Origin: Octopus sinensis
Lineage: Eukaryota
Direction of reading: 5' to 3'
Assembly: GCF_006345805.1 (NCBI RefSeq)
Contig: NC_043000.1
Coordinates: 137,020,001 to 137,084,000 of the forward strand
DNA length: 64,000 nucleotides
A program made the translations under genes and the position numbers. The notes beneath the pieces were generated by a model. That model was not told the DNA's origin, did not search any database, and worked only from the letters and a program-made list of their open reading frames with translations. Positions 37,528 to 49,676 of the stretch are shown piece after piece. How positions within the stretch are numbered: the stretch's first letter is position 1; each line of letters starts with the position of its first letter.

Positions 37528-37895
37528 CCATCATCATTGTCGTTTAACGTCCATTTTCCATGTTGGTTTGACATGGAGCTGGCCAGCTGGGATCTGTCCT
37601 GACTCCAAATTGTCTGTTGTTGCATGGTTTCTATGGCTGGATGCCCTTCCTCATGCCAATCACATAACATGGCATGGATGCATTTACACAGCACTGGCAC
37701 AGGTGCTTTTTATGTAGCACTGACACCTGAAAGGACAAGCCTGTATGTGTGGAAGACAGTGATTTTATTTGGTTTGATGTGTCTTATCAAGTACAACAAA
37801 TCACTACATCTCTCAGTCCCTTGCCATTTCCTCAGTGAGGCCTATCATCCAGAGATCCTTTCTCACCACTTTGTCCCATGTCTTCCTGGGTCTAC
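37528..37895 (-). mobile_element. RTE ORF end joined to the family C 3' UTR
   Basis: The minus strand RPRKTWDKVVRKDLWMIGLTEEMARD (RTE C-terminus) continues into ATAAAAAGCACC...GGAAGGGCATCCAGCC...(GAT)n. Confidence 0.8.
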
Positions 37896-37995
37896 ATGTC
37901 TACCCTTTCCATAGGTGCCCTCCACTATTAGAGCTTACCTGGGGTCTACAGGTCTACCCTTTCCATAGGTGCCCTCCACTATTAGAGCTTACCTG
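37885..37995. repeat. 53/54-bp tandem duplication
   Basis: CCTGGG(G)TCTACA(T/G)GTCTACCCTTTCCATAGGTGCCCTCCACTATTAGAGCTTA x2. Confidence 0.95.
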
Positions 37996-38208
37996 ATAGG
38001 ATCAATATTTCCTGTCTTGAGATGCATTTGTTATACACCTGGTGACTATCTGAATGATTGATAGAAAAATATGAATTAGATTTATTGCACCTGTATTCTT
38101 TTACATATTTCTTTTGTTTCCTTAAGTTTAACAGAAATAAATATCCAGCTAGAAATAGAATATTTGATATAGAAAAAGAAAGTCTTTATATTTTGATATG
38201 CTTTTTTT

Positions 38209-38622
38209 AGGCACAGGAGTGGATGTGTGGTAAGTAGCTTGCTTACCAACCACATGGTTCTGGGTTCAATCCCACTGCATGGCACCTTGGGCAAGTGCCT
38301 TCTGCTAAAGCCTTGGACCGGCCAAAGCCTTGTTAGTGGATTTGATAGATGGAAACTGAAAGAAGCCCATCATATATATATATATATATATAAATATATG
38401 TGTGTGTGTATGTGTTTGTGTATCCGTATTTGTCCTCCTCCCACGATGACTTTACAACTGATGCTGGTGTGTTTATGTCCCTGTAACTTCGGCAAAAGTG
38501 ACTGACAGAATAAGTACTCGGCTTACAAAGAATAAGTTCTGGGGGCAATTTGCTCAACTAAAGGCAGTACTCCAGCATGGCCACAGTCAAATGACTGAAG
38601 CAAATAAAAGAGTAAAAGAATA
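38209..38622 (+). mobile_element. SINE family A, full length
   Basis: Matches the 536-957 copy. Confidence 0.9.
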
Positions 38623-39701
38623 TTATTACCCTGCCATTCTGCATGCCATTACTTTACAGTTTTCTTATCTAAAGTACATAACATCTGCTTATAAGCTCCA
38701 ACATTTAATATATTTGTATTTCATTCTTTGTAGCTTCTTCTCATCCCCATTTTTCACATCTATGTTAAAGTCTCAAAGAGCTAAGACCTTTTATAAAGTT
38801 TGGAAGCAGCTGAAATAATATAAAAAAACTATTTTGCCAAAAAAAAACCAAAAAAATTCCTATTTTAGCTTCAGTGATATTCCTTATTCTTTCATTCTAA
38901 TAGTTCTTTTGTATTTCACATCTAAGATCTTGTTTTGCTTGTTACATATTTGTAGTACTTATCAGTAACAATTATTATTATTATTATTATTATTATTATG
39001 GCAAATAAATGAAATTATTATTATTATCATTACTTCTCAAAACTTTGTTTTGTGTATATGTGAATGTGTATGTGTGGTCTGTGTGCATGTATGTAGATAT
39101 GTCTTACTGAATTTCGTTGATTTTTTTTTTCAGTGTTGTTAGCTCTTATTTTTAATCTAATTTTCATTCCATTGTCACAACTCATATTTAGAGCATCCTT
39201 GCTTTATTAGCTATATATGCCAAAAAGTTTCCTTTCATATATCTAATTCTTTAGTAAACTGTTTGCTTGAAATTCAATTGAGCTATTCGTCTTAGCTTCC
39301 CTAGTAAGCTGTCTTTTGTGTCATAATATTATTGCATTATTCCCAACTGGTTTATCTGAGACTTTTCAGGTTAATCTTAATAGAAATTTTACATGAGTGC
39401 ATATGTATACATTTTGTATGATAGTGTTAGATGGCCTACTAAGAAGTATGACGATTCTTACTTAAGTTATCTAAGTTAAGTGCAGATTATTGTGTTATTG
39501 GTTTCAGTCATTGGATTGTGGAGCTACTAGAGTGCCACCTTCAAGAGTTTTATTTTATTGTATTGATCTCAGGACTTACGTTAGTCTGATTCTTTTCCAT
39601 GTTAATCTCAATTTGTAGAAACTCTAAGTTATAGGACATAAAGGAATAATATTACTACATCAGAAACACACATTTACAGGCAAGCATGCAAACGTACATA
39701 T

Positions 39702-39969
39702 AGGTGTAGGAGTGGTTGTGTGGTAAGTAGCTTGCTTACCAACCACATGGTTTTGGGTTCAGTCCCACTGCGTGGCACCTTGGGCAAGTGTCTTCTATTA
39801 TAGCATTGGGCTGACTAAAGCCTTGTAAGTGGATTTAGTAAGGTAGAAACTAAAAGAAGCATATATATATATTTTATTTTTTTATTTTATCTAGTTTCAG
39901 CTCACGAGCTGTGGCCATGCTGGGGCACTGCCATTTGGTGTTGCTACATAATTTTACTTCATGAATATG

Positions 39970-40068
<99 letters not shown>

Positions 40069-40265
40069 TATGTCTGTGTTTGTCTCCTCCTCCATTGCTT
40101 GACATCCGAGTTCGGTGTGTTTATGACCCGTAACTTAGCAGTTCAGCAAAAGAATAAGTACTAGCCTTACAAAGAATAAGTCCTGGGGTCAATTTGCTCA
40201 ACTAAAGGTGGTGCTCTAGCATAGCCAAAGTCAAATGACTGAAACAAGTAAAAGAATAAAAGAAT
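39702..40265 (+). mobile_element. SINE family A interrupted by a nested antisense 3'-tail fragment (~39872-39965)
   Basis: The 5' half runs to 39860, the insert follows, then an expanded (TA)n(TG)n and the 3' half ending GAAACAAGTAAAAGAATAAAAG. Confidence 0.85.
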
Positions 40266-41375
40266 ACATACATACATGCTGACACAACTCACAAAGAGGT
40301 TTCTGCATAATTTCCACTTATCATATTTTACTTATGAGGCATGGATCAGTCTGTGGCCAAAGTACATTGTGAGATTGAACCTGTAACCATTTGCTGTGAA
40401 ACAAACATCTTAACCATGCCGGTTTTGTTTGTACTACTACATATGCTAAATGAAAAGTATATATATCTGTTCGTGTAACTATATGCATCTGTATAAAATC
40501 ATGCTTGATTTTTATGTCAGTGTATATGTATCTAAATGTATACATGGCTAATCTCAGTATTTCTGTTTGAGATACATACATTAAATTGTATGTGTGTGTG
40601 TGTGACCACATCGAATATGTTTTGTTTCTATATGTTTTCAAATACTCTTGCATGTGCTATTACCATATCGAGGAAGATTTTTAAAATAACACGAATTAAG
40701 AAACAGTATCATATTTGAACATTCTCTTTAATTTAGTGCATTTTACTTTGTACTTATTTCATTTTGTTCTAAGATGCTTGTCTCGTTGGTATTTCATTTT
40801 CACAATGCTTTGATTTGCTGATATCTTTAACTATTCAGTAGCACTGAAACTGAAAAAGCAAACTATAGTAGCTTGTGAATATCTTGCTGAATTCCTGAAA
40901 AATATTACTTCAAAGATTGCTGGGGAAATTTCAAAGTATATATTTAGAAATTACAATAGAAGAAGAAAATTCATGTCTTTTAGTTGTTTTATTAAGTATG
41001 TGTGTGTGTGAAGCAAAGCTTTTTGATATGTTAATTTCTTAATAGCTGATTTAATTGTGCAATTGATTGCATATCATTTACAAGATTTATACATAATTTT
41101 ACGATTTTCTATTATTGTGAATAAAGTAAATCCTTAGCATCATTACGAGGTCATATGCATGCTGTCTGTTTTGTTTCCTTGTCACGACATAAATGCTACT
41201 ATGGAGTGGGAAAATTGTATGCATGCCAGAGATATATGATTAGAATAAAGTTTAAATAGATTATCGGTGTCTTATAAATACAGGGTAAAGAAAAACAATG
41301 TGGTCGTGGCGAATTTCGTTTTCATTAGATACCCTGAGCCATTACTTATAAGTTTGAAAATAGCTAATGATGGTA

Positions 41376-41758
41376 TCTCTCTCTATATAAACAGCAGTTT
41401 GTCTGTGTGTGTTTCTGTGTGTCTGTTTGGTTGTACCCTCATTCTGACCACGGCTTTCAACCGATTCTGATGAAACTTGACACACACATAGCCCAATGTC
41501 ATAATTCAAAACTAACGCAGCGAAAATTTTGAAAAGTTCCCCCAGTTCTGAAAAAAATCGATAAATTCGACATGGGGTCAAGAATCAGAAACACAAACCA
41601 CAGACTGTCTAAGGGACGCAACTCCACCTTTTTAACTCTCAAAAAAATTTACCATCATTTTTTTCCCATTTTTTTGCTATATTTTGGCTATAACTATCTA
41701 AAACTGCTTTATAGTTATTTCCCTTACAAACCCGAGCAACGCCGGGTGATACTGCTAG
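41376..41758 (+). mobile_element. Non-autonomous Helitron, 383 bp
   Basis: A|TCTCTCTCTATATAAA start and CCCGAGCAACGCCGGG-TGATACTG-CTAG|T end. Confidence 0.85.
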
Positions 41759-42254
41759 TTGTATATATTTCAAGCCTTTACTAATACAAAAGGCCAATAT
41801 CCATTATTTCAAATATTGAATATCACATTGGCTACAAAGCTATTTATAAGAGATTAACTTTCTAAATATATTTGAGAGTGTATTTTTTATTGAGATAGAT
41901 TAAGGCAATATATTCTACTAGTCTGGACTAAGTTCATTATGTTTTGGAATTAGACCCATATAACAAGTGTTGAGAAAGATACTATACTTTCTTAGTGAAT
42001 GAACATTATACTGATTTTATACTTTGGATACTATTTCTGTTTGGACTACTAGAGCCCACAATTATATTTTGTAAATCTTTATTAAGAAATTCTTCTCTAA
42101 ATTAATAGTCTTTCTACCTTTTATATCACTTAAACTATCCTTTTTTAAATTTTGATGACTCCATTCCACTTTAACTTAAATTAATTGGAGCACTCTTAGT
42201 TTTCTCTTGTAACACCTTTGCTTTGTCATGTTTTCCAGTTAATTCTGTAAGTAA

Positions 42255-42955
42255 GATACAAAATCCTTTCCATCATAAGAAAAATTCTCCTCCTCTACCT
42301 GTCCCCTCCACCTTTTTCTCAGTCTACATCGCTTTCATGCCCCATTTACCTTAAATGCAATCACCATCCTCAGAACATACCCTTCATCCCTCCTCAACAC
42401 ATGCCCATACCATCTAACTCCATTCGCCCTTGGCAACTATTCCACTGATTCTTCCACCCCCAGCATTCCCATCAAATCCTCAGTCCTCCTCATATCAAAA
42501 CAGCTTCACCCCACACATATTTCTTACCATTGCTCTCTCTCTCAGTCCTTCTCAAAATTGCCATCTCTCTCTCAGAAGTCATATCTCACTCCCATACAGC
42601 TCTTATAGACCCTTCCTTTTATCTTTAATGACAATCTTTTCCCATATAACAGTACTCCACATTCCTTGAATTTCACCCAGCCAAGTCTGACTCTTGCTGT
42701 CATAGCTGCTTCACATCCACCCTATCTCCAAAATAACAAAAACCTCTCACCATTTCCACTTCATATCATATAGTGTTCCCACTGGTTCTGTCAGCCCTCC
42801 AGCTCCTTTCTCACATCTTCCACAAACAAACTCTCTCACCAGTTTTGGAGTCACCTTCATTTTTGTACATCTACCATGAATACATTTCTCACATCTCGTA
42901 CACAACACTGCATTTGCCATTACCCACCTCCCACATACACCACATGGGTCCACCT
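42255..42955 (-). mobile_element. Decayed RTE LINE 3' coding fragment with a Cys/His-rich insert
   Basis: Minus strand DPCGVCGRWVMANAVLCTRCEKCIHGRC...FVCGRC, then AAMTARVRLGWVKFKECG...KIKGRVYKSC...VRWYGHVLRRDE. Confidence 0.85.
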
Positions 42956-43284
42956 TACTAACATGGATCCACCTTACTCACTAACACATGACATTTAAAA
43001 ATTCACTTAGGTGGACAATCACCTTAACCACTAACTAGATGTTGCTGTATATTACAATGATACAGCCCTAAAAGATGGGGACAAAAATAGCTTCTGTGAA
43101 GACAACTGCTGAGTATTGATGTTTGACCATATCAAAAACTTTCACTTGAGATAAACTCATCAGGGCTCCACACACGGCAACCTCTCTATGATGTATCACA
43201 TGAGATAGAGGTTGTTTTAGATAAATTGTTCTGTTTGACACATTTTGCACATTTGCATTTTCATGTTGAGTTAAACCAGATGGG

Positions 43285-43540
43285 TCAGCAGTATGGCAGA
43301 ATTTAACTTCTCTTGATCTTCCAGGGCCTAACATTTTGAGATCAGTCTTGCCACTTTTGTATATCTTGGCTTTTCTCCACAGCTTTCATTGCCAAAAGAT
43401 GGTACTTTTATGTTCAGTGTATGTTATGTCCATACCACTGCAGTTTTCTCTTCTGCATATTTTGGCTGATGCCTTTCATGATCTGCCATACTCAGTTCAC
43501 TTTTTTCTCTCCCTTTTGTGCAATGTGACCTTACATGTTA
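43285..43540 (-). mobile_element. Decayed RTE LINE C-terminal fragment
   Basis: Minus strand QKRKLQWYGH...DLKMLG. Confidence 0.65.
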
Positions 43541-46129
43541 AAAAGTAAATGTTATTGTCCCCATAAACTTATATAGTGTCATCTCTATCACTGGTGCTTT
43601 TAGGAATCAATTTCCAACTCTCACTATTTTGTTTGCCAGAATTATTCATAGCTTACCAATTACCATGAAATTGGGTCATGGTAATTTCATCTTCACTTCA
43701 TTATCTTTATTCTTATTTTATTCTGATGGTAATAACAAGAAAATATTTGCTTCAAAACTTCATGAATTACTCACAAAAATTTAGTTATATAAACAAATCA
43801 CATTACTCTTTCTCATAACCTTATGATATGGACAGCCTGATAGTAGTTACGTTGTTGCTGAGATTGTTCTCTCTATGTAAAGTTTCTGTCATTTGATTCC
43901 GCAGAAAATAATCAGGCACTTATTGCCATATGATAGGAATCATAATTCCATGCATGTGGGATTATATTATTGCTTATTTAACAGCTGACATACTACCCAC
44001 TTTATAATATAAATAATATGACAATATACTTCCCATTTATAATATATTTACTCCGTGCTTCTATCTTTTTATTCACTGAATGAGTATAATGATTGTCGGT
44101 CTTACTTTCCCTACCCTGTAACAAGAAATAAAAGTGAAAAAATAATTCAAAACAGCATAACAACTGTAATACACATTATTCCAGCACTTAAGCTGTAAAA
44201 TCACCTTAGTTCTGATGCAGTTTATTGTTGAGTTTGTGTATAATAACTAATAAAACAACATCCATGTCTTCCACAGTACCTCGTATGCTGTTCCTATTTG
44301 TTTTGTTACATCCTTGCCATTTCCCACTAATCTTAAACTCTTCCTTTAATGTTGAATATATTTTTTGCACAAACCTTTTCATCTGTTCCTCATCTTTAGA
44401 ACAATTTTAGATGGCACTAAATACTTTTCTTGGGAAAATATATGCTTTCTTTTTTGTTTTAGCTGAATCTTCTGAAAGAACTTGTATTAATTTTAATGAC
44501 TGCCTGTGTAGAATAAGTTTGAAAGTACTGAATTTTTTTTTTACATGTGAATCAATTTTAGTATGCATATATTAAGGGGAATTTAATGTGATTTTGTCTA
44601 CAAACCAATACAGTGACTGCTCATACTATTTTCTTGGTTCCTTTTCAACTTGGGAAACTAAACAGATTGTACTTGTTTTCAATAACCTTGAAGCTTTATG
44701 CACTTTTCCTTTTTAAAGCTGTGACAGTTAAGTAAGTAGGAATTAAATATAGGTTACTATGTTGAAATCATTCAAATCCAAGTAAATATCAAGTGAGCAA
44801 ATTAAGCATTGAATTTCTTTAAGAAATGGCAGATTACTGCTATCTTCAGCAGTATTTATTATAAGACATTTTTCAACAAACTCACAGCTCTTTCTTCCTC
44901 TCTTTGTTACTGTGTCAAATACTTAGATGCTATATAGAATTAGAAATGTTATAGTTACGATATGTTATATTATTTAGATATTAATCAAAGGTATGTTTCT
45001 TTTCAAATACTCTTTGATGTATGGAAGAAAGATTCAGCTTCTCTTTGCATTAAAAGAAGAAAATTTGTGGATATTTTCTAATCGTTTTTCAATCCTTCAT
45101 GTGTTGTTATGCTATATCACTTGAATAATATTAGGTGTTATTCAATAAATATATCGATGTCTGGGATATTATTATTGTTTCTTATATTTGCAAAAGACTA
45201 CAAATTTATGAAGAAGTGCTATATTTAATTGAATTAACTACTGTAACACGTAACAGATTACTTTTACTGGCCCTGGGGAGATGAATGCAAATACAAAGTT
45301 TGTCAAAAGAAAGATAACCCTACAACTTTTATTTGAATATTAGTCAAAAAGGATTCAGATGACTCATTTGATTTAATTATTTATTTTTTGCTAGTGTAAC
45401 TGATGTTGTGTTTGAACTCTTATCATTAAAATAATGCCTGAAGAAAGAGGGATTAGACAAGTTGTTTAGCCCAAGTTAAGCTTTAATCATACAAATTTAA
45501 CAGAGGTGCTCCAACTTTGGCCATTCTGTCTTATTGTATATGTAGGATTACTTTACGTTGTGATTTAAAGCAATTTAAGCACTATTTCAAGCAGGTCAGG
45601 TGACTGCATAGAGACACCCATTTTGATTTACTGAGGCAAGTCATTATTATAAGAATAACAATGGGAGATGTGAATATATATAAATTTAAGTAAATGCAAT
45701 TTAGCAACAGCAAGTACAGAAAATTAAATTGGTACAATTTCTAAACACAATTAAGAGAGTGTGCGAGAGAGAGAGAGGTGTGTATGTGTTTGAGAGAAAG
45801 AGATTGTGTGAGAGAGAGAGAGAGTGTATAGTTCAGCATTTAGTGAGTTGGGCGAATGTTGATCAGGGCTGACCTATTAGATGAATGATTATTCTTGGAT
45901 GTGTTCCAGGTCAGAGCTGTATATGCAACTATATGTGCAGTTATATGTCTTTAAGTCAGCATGTGAAAATGACTGCATAATATTCCACAGATTATTTAGC
46001 ACGTGCTTGATAAAAATGTTTTCTTGAGACATCTTGATACCATATCAATATTCAAGGGTGAATTTTACATTTGAAGAATGCTAATTTATCACTTAATACA
46101 TTACCAAAAAGCCGATATCCAGTTTTAGT

Positions 46130-47330
46130 AGTTTGTTAAAATGCTGTAAAGTACTTTGATACCTTCTCTCTCTGATTCACCCCCAAAGGATTTCATGACA
46201 GTCAGGATCAATCTTGAAGCTGGTGTGGCAAATAGCCTGTACCATTTTTCCAATATAGTTCATGCTGGCAACAGGGGTCATCTTGAAACTAGTGATGAGT
46301 TGCCTGGAAGACCTTGCAAGTGGATACCAAACTCCCTTTCAATGGATGATTCACTGATTCTTTGCATAAAGGAGGATGAAATATGTAAAATACTGAAGCA
46401 GATAGAAGAGTCAGTTTCCTCATCTAGAATGAACCCAAATGATTTACAAAGCCTCTCAGGAAAGGGAATGATAAAGTCATGTTCACAGCAGCCAACCATC
46501 TTATTTCAAGAATGGTGGAATAACCAGTCAAGAGCTTTGGAAGTTGGTATGATGATTCCTTGAATTATGCAAAGAGTGGGGAATGAGACCAAAGAAACGG
46601 CAGAGGAAAGATTGCAGGCTATTGATCTATATGAAGTCTGGTGTCCTACCAGGCTTTACTGGCCTGCAATATTAGCACAAGTATAATGGAAATGTGGGAA
46701 GTAAAGATCAATGAGTACATAAGAAAATGGTTCAGCGTCTCACCTGGTCTTACAGTTGTTGCTCTTTAATTTCATAAGAAGTAGAACATGTCCTGAGCTC
46801 ATGCAAAATGATACTAACCCAAAGGAAGTATAAATACAAGCGCAATCAATTGCTTAAAGTGATCATACAAGGAAAAACTACACTTCCAGAATCTCCACTA
46901 ATTTTCTATGTGGTATGAGGCAGAAAATTGTGACCTGGAAAAATTACATCAGCTGGATCATGGAATCATGGTTGATTGGATAACTGGAAAATGTACAGTA
47001 GACTTTCCTGAATGAAGAATTTATCAGCAAGGGTGGCATGAAAATACATTTTGTTACTTTATTTATTTCCATCAAAACAAGTAGTTCTGAATGAACACCT
47101 TGTACTATGTAAAATCAAAAGCATGCCAATTTATCCAATAGTTTGGGAGACTATTGTAAGCTAAAGAGCTTACCATAGAAGTAGGAGCCTATGATTTTGT
47201 GAAATGGTGCTCAGTTTCTGGGGAGAAGAGAACCAGAGAGCAATATTTACTCTATATACAACAGGTGTCCCATTACAAAGTGGTTATAGCATCCATGGTA
47301 ATTTGGCTGTGGGGCTCCTAGGCATCCAAG
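46130..47330 (+). mobile_element. Heavily decayed HERO-like (R2-group, RLE-type) non-LTR element
   Basis: Across frameshifts: KYFDTFSL.FTPKDFMTVRINLEAGVA...MDDSLILCIKEDE...SRM...SLS.GKG...KINEYIRKWFSVSPGLTVVAL...EVGAYDFV. Confidence 0.7.
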
Positions 47331-47956
47331 AAGGTGTAGGTTAGAACACAACAATAGTATAAAATATGCAGCAGCAGAGAGGGATAGCTAATAGTCTTGA
47401 CTTGGATTTTGCCTGGTATCCTTAGAGTGTAAGGAGTCAAGGGCTGAAATACTTCTATAAAGAAGGTGGTTTCTGCTCTGAAAATCTGCTCTTCAGCATC
47501 TCATATATATATATATATATTTTTTTTTACTACCTAGTAAATGGAAGTATATATTTTTTATTTGATTTTTCTGTGTATATTTACGTAATGAGTGTAACAT
47601 GCATAGAAGTTATCAAGTTATGAGCTAATATTCAATATCTTCTCCATTCAGCTGTCTTATATCTATACATAACACACATTCTGAATTGACTTACGTTCAG
47701 CTTATAAACACTGTAAATTTTGGTTCATATCAATGCTGTATATACCTTTGTGTGTTTATGATTTAGTGTATTTTCTTTAAAAGCATCTGGTGTTACCCTC
47801 TCAGATTTCAAATATATGATGTGTGTCTACTTTTGTTTATATTTACCATCCATATTTATACCTTTACAGTAAAAACTATTTGTATTGCTTTTCCTTCTTA
47901 AATCATATTGTGTTAGCATTCCTGTCTATTCCACCCCAATCCCCCCACCCCCAAAC

Positions 47957-48365
47957 TCTCTTTCTCTTTTACTCTCTTTTACTAGTTTCAGTCATTTGAC
48001 TGCGGCCATGCTGGAGCACCGCCTTTTAATCGAGCAACTTGACCCCAGGACTTATTCTTTTGTAAGCCCAGTACTTATTCTATCGGTCTCTTTTGCCGAA
48101 CCGCTAAGTAACGGGGACATAAACACACCAGCATCGGTTGTCAAGCAATGCTAGGGGGACAAGCACGGACACACAAACACACACACGCATATACATATAC
48201 ACATATATGACGGGCTTCTTTCAGTTTCCGTCTACCAAATCCACTCACAAGGCTTTGGTCAGCCCGAGGCTATAGTAGAAGACACTTGGCCAAGGTGCCA
48301 CGTAGTGGGACTGAACCCGAAACCATGTGGCTGGTAAACAAGCTACTTACCACACAGCCACTCCT
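47957..48365 (-). mobile_element. SINE family A, full length, CpG-rich (young)
   Basis: Reverse complement of the 536-957 copy, with many CpGs retained. Confidence 0.92.
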
Positions 48366-48639
48366 AGCATTTCAAATATAAAAATCTTAACATTATCATT
48401 CCTCCAGTTATTTAGTTTTTCTATTTAGTTAGTAGTCTTTTCCAGTCCTTTAGAAATAAATCAAGTTCATATCATCCCATATGTGCATGGATGTATCACA
48501 CATGCATGTAGAAGTGATAGTTGGTATTCTTTTCAAATAATGGCTTGTAGAATTAAAATAGTTAATGGATATGACTATCAACTGGAAAAGATTAAATTCA
48601 AACACAGTTGGCATTTGGGCATGTACTTAGACAGGTATC

Positions 48640-49422
48640 TCTGTGTCGGTGGCACATAAAAACACCATCCGAAGACCCGGCAAGACTAGTCAGGCCATAA
48701 CCCATGGCCCCTACCTGGACGTAGTCAGTCCACTGTGCATACCTTCCTTCTTGTGACACTTGTGAAGACCTGTTGAGACAAGTGAAAATCAAAATCAAAT
48801 CAAAACAAATCAAATAGATGAACATCATGGAATTTGTATCTTTGTGGTACCAGTGCCGGTGGCACGTGGCACATAAGAAAACCATCCGAACGTGGCCGTA
48901 GCCAGTACCGCATCGACTGGCCTCCGTGCTGTGGGCACGTAACAAGCACCATCCGATCGTGGCCGTTTGCCAGCCTCATCTGGCACCTGTGTCGGTGGCA
49001 CATAAAAACACCATCCGAGCGTGGCCGTCTGCCAGCTCGTCTGGCACCTGGTCGGTGGCACATAAAAACACCATCCGAGCGTGGCCGTCTGCCAGCCTCG
49101 TCTGGCACTGTGTCGGTGGCACATAAAAACACCATCCGGCGTGGCCGTCTGCCAGCCTCGTCTGGCACCTGTGTCGTGGCACATAAAAACACATCCGAGC
49201 GTGGCCGTTTGCCAGCCTCGTCTGGCACTGTGTCGGTGGCACATAAAATCACCCACTACACTCTCGGAGTGGTTGGCGTTAGGAAGGGCATCCAGCTGTA
49301 GAAACACTGCCAGATCTGACTGGACTGGTGCAGCTTTCGGGCTCCCCAGACCCCAGTTGAACCGTCCAACCCATGCTAGCATGGAAAGCGGACGTTAATG
49401 ATGATGATGATGATGATGATGA
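48640..49422 (+). mobile_element. RTE-related family C, longest copy, with a ~61-bp tandem array
   Basis: GAAGACCCGGCAAG (EKTRQ-like ORF end), an AAATC-rich spacer, five near-identical units, GGAAGGGCATCC and a (GAT)n tail. Confidence 0.9.
48950..49250 (+). repeat. Minisatellite, ~5 x 61 bp
   Basis: Unit CCATCCGAGCGTGGCCGTCTGCCAGCCTCGTCTGGCACCTGTGTCGGTGGCACATAAAAACA, with single-base indels between units. Confidence 0.95.
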
Positions 49423-49462
49423 CTTCAATAAGCTGTTGGAGATATATGCATAATCATCTCGT

Positions 49463-49676
49463 AATATTGATTTCAAATTTTGGTACAAGGCCAGCAATTC
49501 TGAAGGAGAGGGTAAATCGATTACATTGATCCTGGTGCTCAACTGGTACCTATTTTATCAATCTCAAAAGGATGAGAGGCAAAGTTAACCTTAGTGGGAT
49601 GTGAACTCAGAATGTTAAGACAGACAAAACATCACCAAACATTTTGCCCAGTGTGCTAACAATTCTGCCAATTCAC
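49463..49676 (-). mobile_element. SINE family B
   Basis: CTCAACTGGTACCTATTTTATCAATCTC...GGCAAAGTTAACC...GAACTCAGAATGT...GCTAACAATTCTGCCA. Confidence 0.8.

Noticed and set aside
48598-49398. Many 66-185 aa ORFs on both strands, and a CRISPR-like appearance
   Set aside because: A GC-rich minisatellite lacks stop codons. The units are contiguous with no unique spacers, there are no cas genes, and the context is eukaryotic.
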